Both the position numbers and the translations under genes were made by a program. The notes under the pieces are model-generated. The model worked only from the letters and a program-made list of their open reading frames with translations, was not told where the DNA came from and ran no database searches. Source: Amoeboradix gromovi X-113 (lineage: Eukaryota; Fungi; Sanchytriomycota). From it: a stretch of DNA of 12,812 nucleotides. Each line of letters begins with the position of its first letter. The stretch's first letter is position 1. This document shows, piece after piece, positions 8,889 to 12,812 of this stretch. Location: assembly GCA_018985225.1 (NCBI GenBank), contig JADGIF010000252.1, positions 1 through 12,812 of the forward strand, in the 5' to 3' direction.

Positions 8889-9239
8889 TTTGGTTTAGAA
8901 ACAAGTCTTGGTTACAACCCAGCGAGTTTTATAATGGAACGTGACGGCTTTTAATTAACGTGCAGACGACGTATATCCTCAAAAATTTTAAAACTTTGTT
9001 ACTAGGACCTCATTGGCTGATATGACCGATCGGCAAACAATCGGACATACTTCACAAAAAGCCGTATCGGCTAATCGAGCATAGCCCAGTGTGACAGTCT
9101 CACAAAGGCGTATGAAAGTTGTTTGCTGCAAAATAAGCTTTTCAAGGATGGTCAGTTAACTAAGACGTTTTCTATGTTGATAGTAACTGCTATCCCAAAT
9201 ACTGAAGCACAATGTTGGCGCATCCGTAACGATTGATAA

Positions 9240-9817
9240 GCTTTCTATCAGATACTACTGGCATGATACTCAAAGCCATATTCCTAGTAAATGTCTTTTT
9301 TCTTGTTTTGCTAACAAAGCAGAATTAGCAAAATTTGTCTTTCCTTTCGTAATTCATAAATTGTGGTCAGAACAACTTTTCTCATATCTAACTGCTCGAT
9401 TGTTTCCTTGAATAAATCATTTATCGCGAATATGTAAGCGTTTTTGTATAATTTCAAGACTTTTCCAGATTTTTCTAATAGCTCAAATATTCGATATTTT
9501 TCCTTTTCGCAAATGATAAATGGAATAAATAGATGTAATCCTGAATATGTAAGATCTAAAGAAATAACTAACAGGTACGGCACACATTCGTATCAGACTG
9601 ATAAGCTGGTCCAAACATGGAAGAATTAGGTGTCTTTCAATGCCTATAAGAGATATCTGCACAGTTTATTCAAGGAGCGCTTGAAGTTCAAGCGTATTCA
9701 ATCCCGCCTCAGGATAGTGCAAGCGTGAGCAATCACTGTAACGGAGCATCTAGCACCGATATTTTCTCTGTGGAAATTCTCGATTTTCTCAGAAATCAGG
9801 ACTTTTAACGAAGAGTA
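9240..9817 (+). mobile_element. Internally deleted Fanzor/TnpB-like element, copy 3 (non-autonomous relic)
   Basis: The 3' 123 nt are ~92% identical to copy 1. 9660-9692 reads HSLFKERLKFK, similar to the SHYxFKxRLxxK segment that follows RuvC-II in IS607-type TnpB/Fanzor2. 9244-9297 SIRYYWHDTQSHIPSKCL weakly recalls the N-terminal xIRxYPxxxQ motif. RSKEITNRY...ISWSK resembles copy 2 NTKYMANRY...RNWSK. The left boundary is uncertain. Confidence 0.7.
9695..9817 (+). ncRNA. Putative Fanzor omegaRNA scaffold / right end, copy 3
   Basis: Ungapped match to 149-271 with the same hairpins, including a compensatory C-G to T-A pair in the first stem (CAATCC-CGCCTCA-GGATAG, 9699-9717). Confidence 0.68.
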
Positions 9818-10017
9818 TAACAAGAGTAAGACAATTATGTAACATGGCCACACTTATGAGGGTTCAATATTTTATCGTCATAATAATTCTAAAAACTATA
9901 AGGTTTCAATAAAATTTATTAAGAATACAGAGGGAGTGAATCCGGTCATAGTTCGGTACATTTTTGTAGAATATATCGGGAAGTTTCTCAACTTTCCCTG
10001 TAATTTTTCAAACTGCT

Positions 10018-11151
10018 ATGCAAGGCAATAATTCTTCTTTTTGGAAAACTCAACCCGTCACCGATGACCCTTCAGAGCAAGGCGAAGTCCGGCCTAGAAG
10101 AGCACCTAGCAAGTTGCCTTTTGAGTTGCAAAATGGGTTAGAATGGGCTACGCTGGATATAACCACTGATACGGATATGAATTTAGTTTATAATCTGCTT
10201 TATAATAATTACGTCAGTGATGTGTCTGAAAACCAAGCAGAGTCATTCAAATTCGCTTACAGTATTCAATTACTTCGATGGGCCCTGCAACCTCCAGGTC
10301 ATGTCAAGAACTGGTGGTTAGGAATCAAAAAAGACACTAAGCTAGTTGCTTTTATAACTGCTATTCCTATTACAGTATCTGTCAACAATGACTCGATAAA
10401 AATGGCAGAGGTCAATTTTCTTTGTGTACATAAGTCACTTAGATCTAAGCAAATAGCTCCAATTCTAATTCAAGAAATAACTAGACGTGTACATCTTACT
10501 GATATATGGCAAGCTCTTTATACCGCTGGTACTAAGCTACCTGGAATCACTTCTTCAGCCCTTTATTACCATCGAAGTTTAAACATAGATAAACTAGTTA
10601 AAGTGGGATTTGCCTCCGCCGCAAACAACATGGCACTATATAAAGAGTATTTGCATATCAAGTCTAGTCCATTAAAACTTAGGTTGATGGAAAAGAGAGA
10701 TGCTGACGAGTGTTTTGAATTATTCAACTTGCACAACAAATCCAAGCAGGTTTACCCGATATTTTCTTTGGAAGAATTCAAATACTGGGTTAAGCCTGTG
10801 AAAGGCACAGTCTGGCCATATGTAGCTGAGATAAATGGCAAAATTGTAGATTTTATTTCGTTTTATCATGTAACTACGATTGCTGTACAGCTGAATATTA
10901 AAGTCAAAATAGCTTATCTGTGGTTCCACTCTAATGTGAATACCAAATGGACCGACCTATTAGGTAGCGCGTTGATGATTGCGCAAAAAGACGGATTTGA
11001 CTGCTTTAATTGCCTTGAAGGTGTTGGCGGATCATGCAAGGATTTGGAACAACTGAAGTTTAAAAAGGGAGACGGTACACTCTATTATTACTTTTATAAC
11101 TGGAATACACCAAGAGTAAAAAATGACAAAATGGGAATGTTCTTGTTGTAG
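10018..11151 (+). CDS. NMT1: Glycylpeptide N-tetradecanoyltransferase (N-myristoyltransferase)
   Basis: FWKTQPV, LLYNNYV.D, F.F.YS..LLRWALQPPG, EVNFLCVHKSLRSK.IAPILIQEITRRV, WQALYTAG, YYHRSLN..KL, FDCFN and GDGTLYYYFYNW. Confidence 0.97.
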   Translation: MQGNNSSFWKTQPVTDDPSEQGEVRPRRAPSKLPFELQNGLEWATLDITTDTDMNLVYNLLYNNYVSDVSENQAESFKFAYSIQLLRWALQPPGHVKNWWLGIKKDTKLVAFITAIPITVSVNNDSIKMAEVNFLCVHKSLRSKQIAPILIQEITRRVHLTDIWQALYTAGTKLPGITSSALYYHRSLNIDKLVKVGFASAANNMALYKEYLHIKSSPLKLRLMEKRDADECFELFNLHNKSKQVYPIFSLEEFKYWVKPVKGTVWPYVAEINGKIVDFISFYHVTTIAVQLNIKVKIAYLWFHSNVNTKWTDLLGSALMIAQKDGFDCFNCLEGVGGSCKDLEQLKFKKGDGTLYYYFYNWNTPRVKNDKMGMFLL

Positions 11152-11196
11152 AAAGCGAAATAAACAAAACTTAATGTTACTCATTTACTTAATGAC

Positions 11197-12576
11197 TTAC
11201 ATGTATGGTGGGATACCTAAACAGTCCTCCAAGCTGATAAATTTATAACCTCTTGCTTCAATGTCGTCTGCGATTTCGTCGAAATATTGAATTGAGCCAG
11301 TGTGGATATCATGACTTAGTATGATATGTCCAGAATTTGAGTCCGCATTAAAGCCAGCCTTGATGTTCAGAAAAGCGTCACTATTATCACTGGTGACACT
11401 AGGTTTCCAGTCATTTGAATCTATAGACCAGTTAATTGTATACAATCCTAATCCATTCCACACGCCCATAGAAACAGAAGAATACTCACCATATGGGGGT
11501 CTAAAAAATCTAGTCCTTTTACCCGTGGCAGCAAATATTGCATCTGACGCTTTTGTTGCTTCTTGCGTCATTGTAGCAGGTGAAATATTATCCATTTGAA
11601 CGCCTAAATGACTCCATGAATGGTCCGCTACGGTGTGGCCTCTAGAAATTTCACTACTTGCAACCCCTGAATTTGCAACTACATTTGTACCAATATCAAA
11701 GAATGTAATTGGAACACGAGCCTTACCTGCAGCCACTCTAGCGTCAATCTTGTCCATTAATTGCTTAGTCAAAGCAGGATCTGGACCGTCATCAAATGTC
11801 CAAGCAACCGTTTTATCTAATTTGCAATTTCTAAGCGGTGCACTTAAATTTGGTGGAGGAACAGCTACTGCAGTCGAAGTAGCCTTGGCAGTTGCAGTGG
11901 TTTTGATAGAACCTGTAGCAAATAAGGTAGATGAAGTAACAGTGCATTGCCGCTGACAATCGGAACCACAATAAGCATCAGTGGTACCGCAGTATCCATA
12001 TATGGAGCAGCAAAGACCAGAAGGACAATCTAGAGTAGCGCTACATGTAAAATCTGTGGAGGTAGGATTGGCTGCCGCTGTTGTAGTTGTAGCTTTAACA
12101 GTGGTTGTTGCAGCTTTAACGGTAGTTGTTGCAGCTTTGGCAGTAGTTGCAGTATTGAGCCCTGTAGATGTTGCCGGGCATTGTTTAGAGCAATTTGCTC
12201 CCTTGCAGTATGCGTCAGTGGTACCGCAGTATCCATGTATGGAACAGCAAAGACCAGAAGGACAGTCAAGCTTTGAGTTACATGTTCCGTCTGTGGAGAT
12301 TGGATTGGTTGGGGTTGTTGTGCCACAGTACTCGGCAGTATTGCCACAGTAACCGTATTTTGAGCAGCAAAATCCAGAGGGACATGCAAGAGTAGCACTG
12401 CAAGTTCCATCATTCGAGACTGCGGTAGTACAGTCACCATAACCAACCATACAGCCGCTTCCACAGTAAGTAGCCCCAGTTCCACACCATCCCCATTGCG
12501 AGCAGCAATTGCCACTGCTACATGATCCAAGAGATGGTCCACATTGTTGAGCAAAAACTGTAAGTGCAATCAACAT
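11197..12576 (-). CDS. Secreted chitin deacetylase (CE4/NodB) with four N-terminal CBM18 chitin-binding domains
   Basis: Signal-like MLIALTVFA from ATG 12576; four CC-S-x-[WYH]-G-[WY]-CG hevein motifs; Thr/Ala linkers. All five CE4 motifs are present: TFDDGP, HSWSH, RPPYG, DSNDW and ILSHD. Confidence 0.93.
   Translation of the reverse strand: MLIALTVFAQQCGPSLGSCSSGNCCSQWGWCGTGATYCGSGCMVGYGDCTTAVSNDGTCSATLACPSGFCCSKYGYCGNTAEYCGTTTPTNPISTDGTCNSKLDCPSGLCCSIHGYCGTTDAYCKGANCSKQCPATSTGLNTATTAKAATTTVKAATTTVKATTTTAAANPTSTDFTCSATLDCPSGLCCSIYGYCGTTDAYCGSDCQRQCTVTSSTLFATGSIKTTATAKATSTAVAVPPPNLSAPLRNCKLDKTVAWTFDDGPDPALTKQLMDKIDARVAAGKARVPITFFDIGTNVVANSGVASSEISRGHTVADHSWSHLGVQMDNISPATMTQEATKASDAIFAATGKRTRFFRPPYGEYSSVSMGVWNGLGLYTINWSIDSNDWKPSVTSDNSDAFLNIKAGFNADSNSGHIILSHDIHTGSIQYFDEIADDIEARGYKFISLEDCLGIPPYM
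12079..12152 (-). repeat. Low-complexity coding repeat (ATTTVKA-like units) in the CDA linker
   Basis: GTTGTTGCAGCTTTAAC-type units recur and encode [24 protein letters not shown]. Confidence 0.75.
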
Positions 12577-12812
12577 GTTTAGTGGAATTCTCCTCGGCAA
12601 TTCACGATGATGGAAAAAGTGATCAATGCGCTTTACCCCTCAACAAAGCTCAGATCAATAATCCAGTATGGTACGACATATGGGACATGCTCTACAAAAA
12701 CTAGACAAAACAATTTGTATCCAAATTTCAAAAATAAACAGTCTGTATAGCTATTCTTTTGCTCTTTCATCCAGTCTTTATTTTAGATTTGTACGGTAAC
12801 TATTGACTTTAT

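Noticed and set aside
9311-9629. ORFs 9311-9583 (-) and 9444-9629 (+) as independent genes
   Set aside because: Both are short, lack recognisable domains and lie inside relic copy 3. The + frame is probably a fragment of the former nuclease ORF.
9000-9817. Terminal inverted repeats or a TA target-site duplication for copy 3
   Set aside because: No inverted match to the right end (TACTCTTCGTT) was visible upstream.
11321-12569. Short overlapping ORFs within the CDA gene, and likewise within the ANK, ALG10, 4362-ORF, AAA and NMT genes
   Set aside because: These are antisense or alternate-frame shadows of well-supported genes.

Overview
AT-rich, gene-dense, nearly intron-free eukaryotic DNA, most likely from an early-diverging (chytrid-like) fungus, judging from ALG10, NMT, a fungal-type AAA ATPase and a multi-CBM18 chitin deacetylase. 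The ordinary genes are an ankyrin-repeat protein, ALG10/DIE2 glucosyltransferase, an AAA ATPase, N-myristoyltransferase, a 4xCBM18-CE4 chitin deacetylase and three uncharacterised ORFs. The main hidden signal, missed by the ORF track, is three same-orientation relics of a TnpB-like/Fanzor RNA-guided nuclease element (1-271, ~300-717, ~9240-9817). Two retain decayed zinc-finger and RuvC-III motifs (IDRDHMAARNI; NEAFTSQ...DGDYLAARN). All three end in the same ~120-nt hairpin-rich block, followed by a sharp loss of similarity, which is the layout expected for an omegaRNA scaffold plus variable guide. All assignments come from reading motifs by eye; no searches were run.
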